DNA from: a bacterium
GTDB lineage: Bacteria; Patescibacteriota; Patescibacteriia; 2-12-FULL-60-25
DNA: 64,000 bases
Reading direction: 5' to 3'
Assembly: GCA_021796435.1 (NCBI GenBank)
Contig: JAJYXM010000016.1
Span: 54,625-118,624 of the forward strand
In this document: positions 38,705 through 47,602 of the stretch, piece by piece
Position numbering within the stretch: the stretch's first letter is position 1
Layout of the letters: the number at the start of each line of letters is the position of its first letter
Position numbers and translations under genes: made by a program
The notes under the pieces: model-generated
Told to the model about the DNA's origin: nothing
Seen by the model: the letters and a program-made list of their open reading frames with translations, nothing else
The model's database searches: none

Positions 38705-38708
38705 CGAT

Positions 38709-39089
38709 ATGAAACAAAGACCCATCACTAAACTGGCGCCGCTTATCTTGTTGGGCGGTCTGACTGTGCCGTTCATCGCATTAGCGGATGAAGTGACTGA
38801 CGTGCAGAAGAAATATAACCTGGAGGATCCGATGGGAGGCGCGACAGTTCCGCAGATCGTCAGCAGGATAATCCAGCAGGTCTTGCCGGTGGTCGGCGCT
38901 CTGTTCCTGATCATGTTCATCTACGGCGGCGTGTTGTGGATGACGGCGGGCGGAAGCGGGGATAAGGTCAAAAAAGCCACGCAAACCATGATCAATGCCG
39001 CTATCGGCATGGCGATCGTAGTCTTGGCATATTCGATCGTGAATGAAGTCATAGTCCAGCTTGGTTCGATCATGACCGGTTCGGGCTAG
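38709..39089 (+). CDS. T4SS-pilin-like protein, paralog 3
   Basis: Core FIYGGVLWMTAGGSGDKVKKATQTMINAAIGMAIVVLAYSIVN. Confidence 0.6.
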   Translation: MKQRPITKLAPLILLGGLTVPFIALADEVTDVQKKYNLEDPMGGATVPQIVSRIIQQVLPVVGALFLIMFIYGGVLWMTAGGSGDKVKKATQTMINAAIGMAIVVLAYSIVNEVIVQLGSIMTGSG

Positions 39090-39217
39090 TCGGAGTCGAC
39101 CGTCACGCACAGGAACAGGCCCAGAGGCTTGTTTTTTTCTCGACTATTTAGGCAGAATTTGCTATCCTATGCAGGACGCAATAGCGTTATTCTACCAATG
39201 GAAGGAGGTGACATGAC

Positions 39218-39616
39218 ATGAAGCAAAGTATAAAGAAAGTAATGGCATTCGCCGCTACGCTAGGCATAGCATCGGCCATCGCACTGCCTTCCATGGCTTT
39301 GGCGGCAGATGATCTGAACGCCAATGATTTGGGGGTCAACGCCATCCAATCCACGATCAAGTTAGGGTCTGGAGACATCAGACAGACAGCAGCCCGCATC
39401 ATCAACGTAGCCTTGGGTTTCCTCGGCATCATCGCAGTGGTGATAGTGTTGTTGGGAGGTTTCAAATGGATGATCGCCGGCGGAAACGATGAGAAAACCA
39501 ACGAAGCCAAGAAACTTATCGTTTCAGGCATCATCGGTTTGGCAATCATCCTTTCAGCTTGGGCAATCACAAGCTTTGTCATTTCGCGTTTGGTCACCGC
39601 CACACAAGACCAATAG
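39218..39616 (+). CDS. T4SS-pilin-like protein, paralog 4
   Basis: Core LLGGFKWMIAGGNDEKTNEAKKLIVSGIIGLAIILSAWAITSFV. Confidence 0.6.
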   Translation: MKQSIKKVMAFAATLGIASAIALPSMALAADDLNANDLGVNAIQSTIKLGSGDIRQTAARIINVALGFLGIIAVVIVLLGGFKWMIAGGNDEKTNEAKKLIVSGIIGLAIILSAWAITSFVISRLVTATQDQ

Positions 39617-39638
39617 AGTAGGTCGGGGCGAAACTAAA

Positions 39639-40067
39639 ATGTTTATGGATTTAATCAAAAAAATAACTATAGCGGGACTCTCGGCGGTCATGGTCATGCA
39701 AGTCATGGCCTTGCCGGTTTCGGCCCAAGTCACGGGAAAGATCAGTGAAGGGCTGAATAAGGCGGCAGCCGGTGCGTATGGGACCAATCCACAGCCAATC
39801 GAAAGTCTGGTGGGAGGATTGATCAGCGTAGCTTTGGGCATAGTCGGCCTCCTGCTCCTAGGTCTGTTCATCTATGCGGGTTTCAAGTGGATGACGGCTG
39901 GTGGCGATGCTACGAAGATCAAAGAGGCGACAGCGCTCATCCGCAACGCCATCATCGGTCTGGTGATCATCGTTGCAGCTTATGCCATCACGAGCTTCGT
40001 GGTGCAGAGCTTGAGCAATGTGACTACCGGCACGGGTACGCCGCAGCAGACGCAGCAAACGCCATAG
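39639..40067 (+). CDS. T4SS-pilin-like protein, paralog 5. Start set at the internal MFMDLIKK.
   Basis: Core FIYAGFKWMTAGGDATKIKEATALIRNAIIGLVIIVAAYAITSFV. The longer track ORF overlaps paralog 4. Confidence 0.6.
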   Translation: MFMDLIKKITIAGLSAVMVMQVMALPVSAQVTGKISEGLNKAAAGAYGTNPQPIESLVGGLISVALGIVGLLLLGLFIYAGFKWMTAGGDATKIKEATALIRNAIIGLVIIVAAYAITSFVVQSLSNVTTGTGTPQQTQQTP

Positions 40068-40098
40068 TTATCTAAGGAATGACGAAGTAAATCAGCTT

Positions 40099-40476
40099 AT
40101 GAAGCATCTTAAGACAATCGCAGCGAGCGTCGGTGTAGCTTTGGCCACACCATTCGTAGCTTTAGCGACTAATCCCTTCCAATCGGGCCAGCAGATGGTG
40201 TCTGATGTCGGCGGCAAGGCCGGGATATCAGGTGGAGGCGGGTTGACGGACATCATCGGCAACCTCATCAACATCTTCTTGGGTTTCCTCGGTCTCGTGT
40301 TCCTGGTGCTCATGCTCTATGCAGGTTTCCAGTGGATGACGGCCGGCGGCGACGAAGGAAAGGTCAAGAAAGCACGCGAAGTCATCACGCAGGCCATCAT
40401 CGGTCTGATCGTGGTGGTGGCGGCCTACGCCATCTCAAGCTTCGTGCTCGGCTCGCTCTTCAACGCGACACAATAG
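40099..40476 (+). CDS. T4SS-pilin-like protein, paralog 6
   Basis: Core MLYAGFQWMTAGGDEGKVKKAREVITQAIIGLIVVVAAYAISSFV. Confidence 0.6.
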   Translation: MKHLKTIAASVGVALATPFVALATNPFQSGQQMVSDVGGKAGISGGGGLTDIIGNLINIFLGFLGLVFLVLMLYAGFQWMTAGGDEGKVKKAREVITQAIIGLIVVVAAYAISSFVLGSLFNATQ

Positions 40477-40594
40477 GAGTTCGTTGCGCAACGAACAAGA
40501 AAAGGGGTGCGGAAACGCACTTCTTTTCTAATTGCTGCAACGATAGCTACACCACACCCGCTACCTTCCTTACTTGAGGAGGGGTTGAGGGTGG

Positions 40595-42241
40595 TTGAGA
40601 CTAGCGAGTTTGAGTTTGCTCCTTACTCCCAGCAATGACACAATGCAGAGGCTTATGACGTCCAAGAGATTCCTGAAGGATTTGTTGGTTTTTGCAGGTC
40701 TTACCTTGTGGTTCGCTGTATTGATCCCTTGGTCGGGTTTTGCTGATCCGGACGCTTTTTATCATGCGAAAGCCTCGAGCCTGGTTTGGCAGAGCGGCGT
40801 TATCAGAGCTTTCCCTTGGTTGGATCTGACGCTTCTGGGAAAGCATTACGCGGATCTGCATTTTCTTTTTCATGTCTTGGTCGCGCCAGCGACTTATCTT
40901 TTCGGGATGTTCGACGGTTTGAGGATTGTGACGATCCTGCTTTCGGTTTTGTTCGTGTTTTCGTTCGCGTATTCATTACGTTGGTTGGGTATCCGATATG
41001 CCTGGTTGTGGGCTGTTTTGTTGGCGATGACGCATCCGCTGGTATTTAGGCTGTTGTTGGGTAAGGCCACGCCATTGGCACTTTTTTTGTTCATCATCGG
41101 TCTGGCTGCGGCGTGGAAAAGAAGGCCGTGGATAGTGTTCGTGTTGACGGCGATATATGCCTTATCGCATGGCGGATGGTTGTACTTGGCAGGGTCAGTG
41201 ACTTTGCTGGCGGTGGGTGACGCGATTTTCGATCGAGTAGTTTTTGGTAAAGAGTGGAAAGAAACTTTGCGATCTTCGATGTGGAAAGAAGCTCTGCTCG
41301 CATATGCGGGCGGGCTGGCGGGTCTGTTTATTCATCCTAATTTCCCTGAAGTTTTTTTGTTCGCTAGGACGCAGATATTCACCATCGGCATAGGCACTCC
41401 ATGGCAACATGTGGTGTTGGGGAGCGAGTGGTTGCCGCCGGAAATACCGAAGCTGGTGGCTTCCTTGGGGATCTGGATAATAGCCCTGATCGGTGGGTTC
41501 AGTGCTTTGCTTCTGGCGCCCTCGAAGGATTTGGATAAGAAAAAAGCCTCATTCGTCGTTTCATTGGGTCTGATCGTTGCGGTATTGCTGGCTTTGACGC
41601 TGAAGAGCCGGAGGAACCTGGAATTTTTGGTACCGGTACTTGCCTTGTGGGCGGCGACCATCTGGAGCTGTACAGACGCGAAGAGGTTCATGCTGGATAT
41701 GTTCGATAACTTGAAAAAGCTGGGAAAAGTTTATGCAAGGATTATCTTGGGCATAACAGCCCTAAGCTTGACTGCTTTGATAGGCAAGAACGTGTTGACG
41801 ATTTGGGATGATTTCCATCCAGTGGCATATCCGGATAATGTCTATGCCGCAACGATGCAGGCTATTTCGGAAAGAGCTAAGCCAGGCGAAAGGGTCTTCC
41901 ATACGAGTTGGGACGAGTTTCCCATGCTTTTCGCATCGGATGATCGGTTGAGATATGTCTCTGGATTGGATCCGACTTTTTTGTACGTCGCTTCTTCGAC
42001 TTTGTCGGATGATGTGAAGGATCTGACTTGGGATTTTTCCGGTGTCAGCTCGACAAGAGAGCAGGCATGGGAGCTTATCCATGATCGTCTGGACTCGAAG
42101 TTTGTTTTTGCCAGCAAGCGGAACCATCAACATTTCATCAGTTTGATCGAATCAGACGAAAGATATGAGTTTTTGGCCGAAGACGAGAAAAGCGTGGTTT
42201 TTCGGGTAAAAATAGAATTACGAATGCCAAATGTCAAATGA
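40595..42241 (+). CDS. Polytopic membrane protein, putative GT-C fold glycosyltransferase (PMT/ArnT/YfhO-like)
   Basis: At least 10 predicted TM helices. N-terminal loop motif FADPDAFYHAK. Confidence 0.55.
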   Translation: MRLASLSLLLTPSNDTMQRLMTSKRFLKDLLVFAGLTLWFAVLIPWSGFADPDAFYHAKASSLVWQSGVIRAFPWLDLTLLGKHYADLHFLFHVLVAPATYLFGMFDGLRIVTILLSVLFVFSFAYSLRWLGIRYAWLWAVLLAMTHPLVFRLLLGKATPLALFLFIIGLAAAWKRRPWIVFVLTAIYALSHGGWLYLAGSVTLLAVGDAIFDRVVFGKEWKETLRSSMWKEALLAYAGGLAGLFIHPNFPEVFLFARTQIFTIGIGTPWQHVVLGSEWLPPEIPKLVASLGIWIIALIGGFSALLLAPSKDLDKKKASFVVSLGLIVAVLLALTLKSRRNLEFLVPVLALWAATIWSCTDAKRFMLDMFDNLKKLGKVYARIILGITALSLTALIGKNVLTIWDDFHPVAYPDNVYAATMQAISERAKPGERVFHTSWDEFPMLFASDDRLRYVSGLDPTFLYVASSTLSDDVKDLTWDFSGVSSTREQAWELIHDRLDSKFVFASKRNHQHFISLIESDERYEFLAEDEKSVVFRVKIELRMPNVK

Positions 42242-42357
42242 CGAATTGAAGGCAGTAGGGGAGGATAGTTCTTAGTTCGTATAGTTTTGGCTTAAATTAG
42301 CCAAAATAAATGTTACAAAAATGGCTCATTTTAGCCAAAATTATGTTAGGCTAGGGC

Positions 42358-42386
42358 TTGACAAAAAGGCTAAAAGGTGCTATTCT
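42358..42386 (+). promoter_or_regulatory. Near-consensus sigma70 promoter, copy 1 of 3. -35 TTGACA, 17-bp spacer, -10 TATTCT.
   Basis: CTTGACAAAAAGGCTAAAAGGTGCTATTCTTGTTTGTTC. About 45 bp extended similarity to the copy at 46650. Confidence 0.6.
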
Positions 42387-42553
42387 TGTTTGTTCTGAAC
42401 TGGCAGTGTGCCTGGGCGGAACAAGCAACTTTGGCAATTGAAGAAACCCCCGTAAAAGGCGGGGATAGTGAGTTTTCAACCTGTCACCCACGGCTAAACC
42501 GGGGGCTCTGACAAAACAGGCCCTTGAGGCCGAGGATGACAAGGAGAACGATT

Positions 42554-43579
42554 ATGGCAGACGACGACGAAGACGATGATTTCGACGAGGATGACGATGA
42601 CAGCAGTTTCGTCTCGTCGGATGACGACGATGACGATGACACGGACGACGGTGACGCCCCGCGGGGCAGGAGAAGAGACATGGCTGATACGAGATCTCGC
42701 GGTGGGCGACGTGGCGGCGGCAGTGGCAGGGAGATCGATATCTCTTCTGACCCTGCTTACGTTTGGAGGTTGATCGGGATGATGGTGTCCAGCTTCGCTA
42801 ACGATGTTGGCAAGATGGGCTACAAGCTTCCACCAGTCACTTTAGCTCTGGGTGCGATTCAGACCGTGCTCGGTCCGCAGCTCACTAGCTTCGGGATCAA
42901 TGCCCTTGCGGCGGCGATCCAGAATCCGGAGATCGTGAAGCGCTGGGTGCGGGCGCTGGGCTGGCCGGAGCAGATCAACGCTCTGGGCGACGAGTTCATC
43001 GACGATTTCTTTGAGGGGTTGCGGATGGCATTGCGTGACGACAAGGTCGACGTCAATGCCGCACAGGGTGCCCTCAAAGCAGCGTCGAGCAAACTTCTCG
43101 GGAAGGCTGACAGACTGGCCGTCAAGAGCGTAGAGGACGCATATCTCATGCTCGACGAAGCTGAACAGCTATACTATGAGGCTATGCTACTCGGCTTCAG
43201 TGCAGACGAGCGTAAGACGTTCGATTTGTACACGTCGAAGTTGGCCAATGTGGTGGCGCTGAAGGCTTTGGTGCGTAGGCTGGAAAATGCTGCTGCCATT
43301 GCGACGGCGGCTGCTGTTCTGGGGGAAGACGTGGCGACCACAGTGGGTCGAGTTCAGATGGCATGCAAAACCGCTGCACTTGCCTACCTCCAACGTATCT
43401 ACGGGGAGGTGAAGCCGTCGGACAAGAAGAAGGAGAGCTTCCTTAGCAAGGCGAGAGCCGTGCTCGGAGAGGCGGACAAGGCCATCGTGGATGCCATCAA
43501 GCCGGACGTCGGGCCTGACCCGGTCGTCGACGCGCTGGATGCATTCACGGCGCGGCTTCGTCGCAAGCGAGGCCAGTAG
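42554..43579 (+). CDS. Hypothetical protein with a poly-acidic N-terminus
   Basis: AAGGAG RBS before ATG 42554 (MADDDEDDDFDEDDDD...). The earlier in-frame ATG of the track ORF lies in promoter sequence. Confidence 0.55.
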   Translation: MADDDEDDDFDEDDDDSSFVSSDDDDDDDTDDGDAPRGRRRDMADTRSRGGRRGGGSGREIDISSDPAYVWRLIGMMVSSFANDVGKMGYKLPPVTLALGAIQTVLGPQLTSFGINALAAAIQNPEIVKRWVRALGWPEQINALGDEFIDDFFEGLRMALRDDKVDVNAAQGALKAASSKLLGKADRLAVKSVEDAYLMLDEAEQLYYEAMLLGFSADERKTFDLYTSKLANVVALKALVRRLENAAAIATAAAVLGEDVATTVGRVQMACKTAALAYLQRIYGEVKPSDKKKESFLSKARAVLGEADKAIVDAIKPDVGPDPVVDALDAFTARLRRKRGQ

Positions 43580-43676
43580 TACCAAGCGGACGGAGCGCGA
43601 TGGTCAGTAAGACGTCGCGCGAAGTCCAAGTCACAAGCTCATGCGGACCTGCGCAAGCGGGTCGGGAGAATCTCAA

Positions 43677-45758
43677 ATGATGTTCGTAGCGTCGATTCTG
43701 GTCGTTTCGTTGGTCGCTATCGGCGGCATCCTGTACGCGATTCACGCGGGACAGGGCGCACGCCTCGTGGCTGGCTGGAGGATGTTCACTGGCGTAGGCC
43801 AGGCGCTCGCCAGCGCGGCAAGCCGCTTCTGGTACGGGGATGTCATCCCGTTCTTCCAGCGCCTGCGGCTCGCGGTCGTGGCGGTGCTCGTGCTCGGAGG
43901 CCTCGTGTCCTTCTTCTTCACAGGGAAGCAGTTGGTCATGTCGGCGAGTGCGCGGAGCGGTCTGATCCAGGCGACCGAGGTTCCGTGGTGGACAGGACTT
44001 ATCATCCTGGCCGTCGCGGGCATCGGTGCCTTCGCGGTCTGGTTCTTCGCCAGGCCGCAGCCTGAACAGCGCGGCAAAGTGCAGATCCCGGCTGGTGCGA
44101 CGAACTTGGTGGTGCCCTTCAACATGATTGGGCAGCCTCCGGTCATCGCGGTCCAGCCGTACGATCCGGCACAGGAGTTCGTGGTGGAAGACATCACGGA
44201 TCAGGACTTCACCATCGAGATTCCTGCAGCCCTGCCTGCTCCCGCCATCTTCAACTGGATGGTCAGGGAGAGGCCGGATCACAGCCCGGTCGTCAACGTC
44301 GGCTTGACCACGATCGGTGCCTTGCTCGCGCTTGGTGCGACGTATTTCATCGTCGGCATGACGTTCGAGTCGCGCCTCTACGTGCTGATGAGCATCCCGT
44401 TCGTGGTGATGGCTCTCACGATCGTGTTCCGCGCCTGGCAGCTAGCTGTGAAGTTGGCGGCCTGGACGGCGGATGCGGTCGAAGCTGGGCCGAACGGCGT
44501 CATCAACCTCAGCAAGCTGGGCATCCGCCTCATCGCGGCCCTGTTCACCAAGAACTGGGCCAAGGTCGAGGAGATCTTCAAGCCGGCTGACAGCACGACG
44601 CAGGCCGTCTCGTACGTCAACCAGGAGCAGTGGGAGCGGAACCGGCGGCGCGCGGTGTTCACCACCGTGGCTGGACTGGTCTTCATCTACTCGCTGTGCT
44701 TGCTGGTGCCGACGTGGAGCTGGTTCATCGCGGCGGTCGTAATTCAGCTCCTGACCACTGCCGCTCGGTACGTCATGAGTTGGACCTATGCGACGGAGTG
44801 GAGTTTCTACCAGGAGAATCGCAACCGGCTACGCCACTTCATCGCGACCACCAAAGAGCGCAGCGCCTACGCGTATTACATCGTGGTCGCAGTGCTCGCG
44901 GCGATGACAACCGTGGTCATCCTGGTGCCCGGCGCGGATGAGCGGTTCCAGGCTCTTCGCGAAGCCCTTGCCCTGCTGCTCAACAACAGCACGGACGCGG
45001 CTACCGGCAGCATCCTCATGGGGATGGCGTACTTGGTGGGTATCGTTCTCACCTCGATCGTCATCTTCGCGCTTTGGCCGCGACGGCGTGGGGAGCAGGT
45101 CGTGCACGACGAAAACGGCACGGCCATCACCTTCCCGGCGAGCGAGCCTGCCTTCCCTCGGATGCGCAAGCTCGTCGCAGCGCCGTTCGCGATCATTCTC
45201 CTGGCCTGCGTGGCCGGGTTCGTCTGGACGCTGGTTCAGGGAACGGTGATGGAAGCCTCGGCGAGCATGCTCTCGAGGTTCATCCCTACCGCTTCTGCGA
45301 CCGCGTCACCGGGAGTGCATCTTGGTTGGCCGTCTGTTCCTGGTGCGACGGGCTACGTCATCGAGCGGCGCGAGCTGCACGAGCCGGCGTACTCGACGCT
45401 CAACGAAAACGGGACTGCCGAGGGTGCGTGGATCGCTGGCGCGCCGAGTGCTCCGCGGGTGTTCGTCAAAGGCACCACGGAGTACGAGGACAAGGCCAAT
45501 GTGGTCCGCGGGTCGAAGTATTTCTACCGGATCATCGCGTTGGGCGCAGGCGCTGGTGGCAGAGATGTCATCAGCACCGAGACCAGCGTGGTGGTGCCGG
45601 CAGCGGCCCCTACTCCCCCTACCCCGACGCGGCCTGCGACGGGCGGTGGCACTCCGCACCGCATCCGCACGGCTTGCAGCACGGGCGACTGTGACTCTAG
45701 CGACCCCAACCCCGGACTGACGGCGTACTGTTCGCGTCATCCGGAAGACTGTCGCTAG
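43677..45758 (+). CDS. Polytopic membrane protein with a C-terminal fibronectin type III domain
   Basis: Multiple TM helices. FN3-like PGATGYVIERRELHEPAYSTL...KYFYRIIALG. Start set at MMFVASIL behind a GGGAGA RBS. Confidence 0.6.
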   Translation: MMFVASILVVSLVAIGGILYAIHAGQGARLVAGWRMFTGVGQALASAASRFWYGDVIPFFQRLRLAVVAVLVLGGLVSFFFTGKQLVMSASARSGLIQATEVPWWTGLIILAVAGIGAFAVWFFARPQPEQRGKVQIPAGATNLVVPFNMIGQPPVIAVQPYDPAQEFVVEDITDQDFTIEIPAALPAPAIFNWMVRERPDHSPVVNVGLTTIGALLALGATYFIVGMTFESRLYVLMSIPFVVMALTIVFRAWQLAVKLAAWTADAVEAGPNGVINLSKLGIRLIAALFTKNWAKVEEIFKPADSTTQAVSYVNQEQWERNRRRAVFTTVAGLVFIYSLCLLVPTWSWFIAAVVIQLLTTAARYVMSWTYATEWSFYQENRNRLRHFIATTKERSAYAYYIVVAVLAAMTTVVILVPGADERFQALREALALLLNNSTDAATGSILMGMAYLVGIVLTSIVIFALWPRRRGEQVVHDENGTAITFPASEPAFPRMRKLVAAPFAIILLACVAGFVWTLVQGTVMEASASMLSRFIPTASATASPGVHLGWPSVPGATGYVIERRELHEPAYSTLNENGTAEGAWIAGAPSAPRVFVKGTTEYEDKANVVRGSKYFYRIIALGAGAGGRDVISTETSVVVPAAAPTPPTPTRPATGGGTPHRIRTACSTGDCDSSDPNPGLTAYCSRHPEDCR

Positions 45759-45917
45759 TGTGTTCCTTAGGGGCAAGCGCAATGCTTGCCTCAGGCGCTC
45801 GTTCGAGCGCCACTTCCTGAAGACGGTCATGCAATTCCTCGCATGGCCGTTTTTTCGATTGAATTTTTATGGTTTCAGTCCCTGCCAAGTAAAATGCGAG
45901 ACTGAATCTAGGGTACT

Positions 45918-45946
45918 GAGATCCCGGGTCTATGCCCGGGATGACA
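45918..45946. repeat. REP-like hairpin repeat, family member A1 (GAGATCCCGGGTCTATGCCCGGGATGACA)
   Basis: Palindromic stem ATCCCGGG / CCCGGGAT with a 6-nt loop. Confidence 0.65.
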
Positions 45947-45969
45947 GCTGCGGAAGCACCGTAGGATTA

Positions 45970-45999
45970 TTGACAAAAAGGCATGAAAAGTGTATAAAG
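45970..45999 (+). promoter_or_regulatory. Near-consensus sigma70 promoter, copy 2 of 3. -35 TTGACA, 18-bp spacer, -10 TATAAA.
   Basis: ATTGACAAAAAGGCATGAAAAGTGTATAAAGG, upstream of the 46036 gene. Confidence 0.6.
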
Positions 46000-46035
46000 G
46001 CTAATCCTGTTGAACCTACGGAAAGGAAGGATGCC

Positions 46036-46419
46036 ATGAAGTTTTTTGCACTTTGCATCGTCACGTTGGCGCTCGCCATCGTCGGATGCCACAACAGCAA
46101 TACGGACACGACGCCGACCAAGGAGCAGTCCAACAGCCTCACGGTCTACCCTGGCGGGCAGTCGGTGCAGAGTACGGAAACGCTCGGTATGTCCGACTAC
46201 GAGCTCTGCATGCGGCAGAATCGTGGGATGCCGACGGCCGCGGATTTCTGCACGCAGCAGATCCAGGCCAGAGCGCCGGGCCAGATGCCGAGGTACCCAT
46301 ACGGCTATGGGTATGGCTACAGCTACGGCGGGTACGGCATGCCGCTGAATCCTGGCTACATGCAGATGCCTGGGTGCGTGCGACGCGTGCAGACAGCGAC
46401 GGGCGTGTACTGCTACTAG
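46036..46419 (+). CDS. Small secreted lipoprotein, Gly/Tyr-rich C-terminus
   Basis: GGAAGGAAGG RBS. Signal peptide MKFFALCIVTLALAIVGC. Confidence 0.5.
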   Translation: MKFFALCIVTLALAIVGCHNSNTDTTPTKEQSNSLTVYPGGQSVQSTETLGMSDYELCMRQNRGMPTAADFCTQQIQARAPGQMPRYPYGYGYGYSYGGYGMPLNPGYMQMPGCVRRVQTATGVYCY

Positions 46420-46456
46420 GCGCGTTGAATCGCGCCACCCCTCCACCAAGACGGTC

Positions 46457-46492
46457 TTGAAACGGCCGTCTTTCCTTTTGGCTAAAAATGCA
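46457..46492 (+). terminator. Rho-independent terminator after the 46036 gene
   Basis: Hairpin AAGACGGTCTTGAAACGGCCGTCTT followed by TCCTTTTGG. Confidence 0.5.
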
Positions 46493-46500
46493 CTTTTTTA

Positions 46501-46575
46501 CGTCATCCCGGCCGAGCAGAAACGAGAGCCGGGATCTAAGGGCCATGAGATCCCGGGTCTGTGCCCGGGATGACG
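46501..46575. repeat. Double-hairpin REP-like element A2 (CGTCATCCCGG...CCGGGAT, spacer, GATCCCGGGTCTGTGCCCGGGATGACG)
   Basis: Two adjacent palindromic hairpins. The outer ends GTCATCC and GGATGAC are inverted. Confidence 0.65.
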
Positions 46576-46649
46576 AAAAATGATGATGAGATAAGGGCAA
46601 AAATGTAGTTTTTTTCTTATTTTAGCTAATATTTTTGCCAATCATACAC

Positions 46650-46678
46650 TTGACAAAAAGGGTAATTTGTGTTATATT
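46650..46678 (+). promoter_or_regulatory. Near-consensus sigma70 promoter, copy 3 of 3. -35 TTGACA, 17-bp spacer, -10 TATATT.
   Basis: CTTGACAAAAAGGGTAATTTGTGTTATATTTGTTTGTTC. Confidence 0.6.
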
Positions 46679-46756
46679 TGTTTGTTCTTTGGACAAGTGT
46701 GTCATCAGCCTGATTGAGGAAAAACAACGATTTTTTCACTCCCTTGGTAAATTTTC

Positions 46757-46810
46757 TGTCATCCCGCACTTGATGCGGGATCTAGATCCCGGGTCTGTGC
46801 CCGGGATGAC
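46757..46810. repeat. Double-hairpin REP-like element A3 (TGTCATCCCGCACTTGATGCGGGATCTAGATCCCGGGTCTGTGCCCGGGATGAC)
   Basis: Same architecture as A2. It sits in the 5' leader of the 46909 gene. Confidence 0.65.
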
Positions 46811-46908
46811 AAAGAAGGGTACGAGGTGACAAAGGAGGTTGGTTTCCTGGATCGGGTTGGTGACACTCAGATGGAACAAATTTTTCCGCCACAGGCGGAG
46901 GAGGATTC

Positions 46909-47468
46909 TCATGCATAGCAGGTTCATCGGTTTGGTTCTCGTGGTTCTGGCGATGGTCCTTGGCACGGCGTGTGCTCCGCACAAGGATTCCTTGATTCTC
47001 AACACGCCCAATGGGCACAAGAAGTGCGATGCAACGCGAGCTGGCGTCGAATGCAACATCAACACAGAGCGACAGTATAGCGACTGCATGGCTATGCAGA
47101 CCCCGGAGATGGGTAATTCGCGTGCGGACATGTACTGCCGCAACGTGACGTCGGGCAACCAGCTCGGTGGCGCGTCTCCGATGGGGGTGCCTGGTGCAAT
47201 GCCGGGCAGAGGGGGATACGTTCCTCCGCCGTCGTACGGCGTCATCTCGACGCCGGACTACACGCCTCTGGGTATGGTCAATGCGCAGAACGCTGGAACG
47301 GGAGGCTACGTCTTCCTGCCCGGCGGTTCCGCAACTGGCGCGCCCGTGCTGGGCACCTCAACGACCGATCAGGACGTGCGGGACCTGGGGCGAGCGACGG
47401 CTGCGCAACACAAGGCGTTCTGCCGGCAGTTCCCGAACGATCCGATCTGCTGCGAGCCCAAGAAGTGA
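46909..47468 (+). CDS. Secreted lipoprotein, function unknown
   Basis: GGAGGAGG RBS. Signal peptide MHSRFIGLVLVVLAMVLGTAC. Confidence 0.5.
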
Positions 47469-47474
47469 GCGGCG

Positions 47475-47503
47475 AGAGGATCGAGATCCCGGCTCGTAGG
47501 CCG
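47475..47503. repeat. REP-like hairpin A4 (GAGATCCCGGCTCGTAGGCCGGGATGACA)
   Basis: Stem ATCCCGGC / GCCGGGAT. A second hairpin GACGGAG...CTCCGTC follows. Confidence 0.6.
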
Positions 47504-47602
47504 GGATGACACGGGTGACGGAGTCGGGATGTTCTCGGCTCCGTCAAGAAGGCGATTTGATGAGCGGTTAGACGAAGGTCGATCGCTCGTAGGAGATTCC
47601 CG

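Noticed and set aside
45918-47503. Possible CRISPR array suggested by recurring palindromic repeats
   Set aside because: The repeats are irregularly spaced by whole genes. They are hairpin palindromes of varying length with no uniform spacers. No cas genes are adjacent and the only Cas4-like gene belongs to a phage module 20 kb away.
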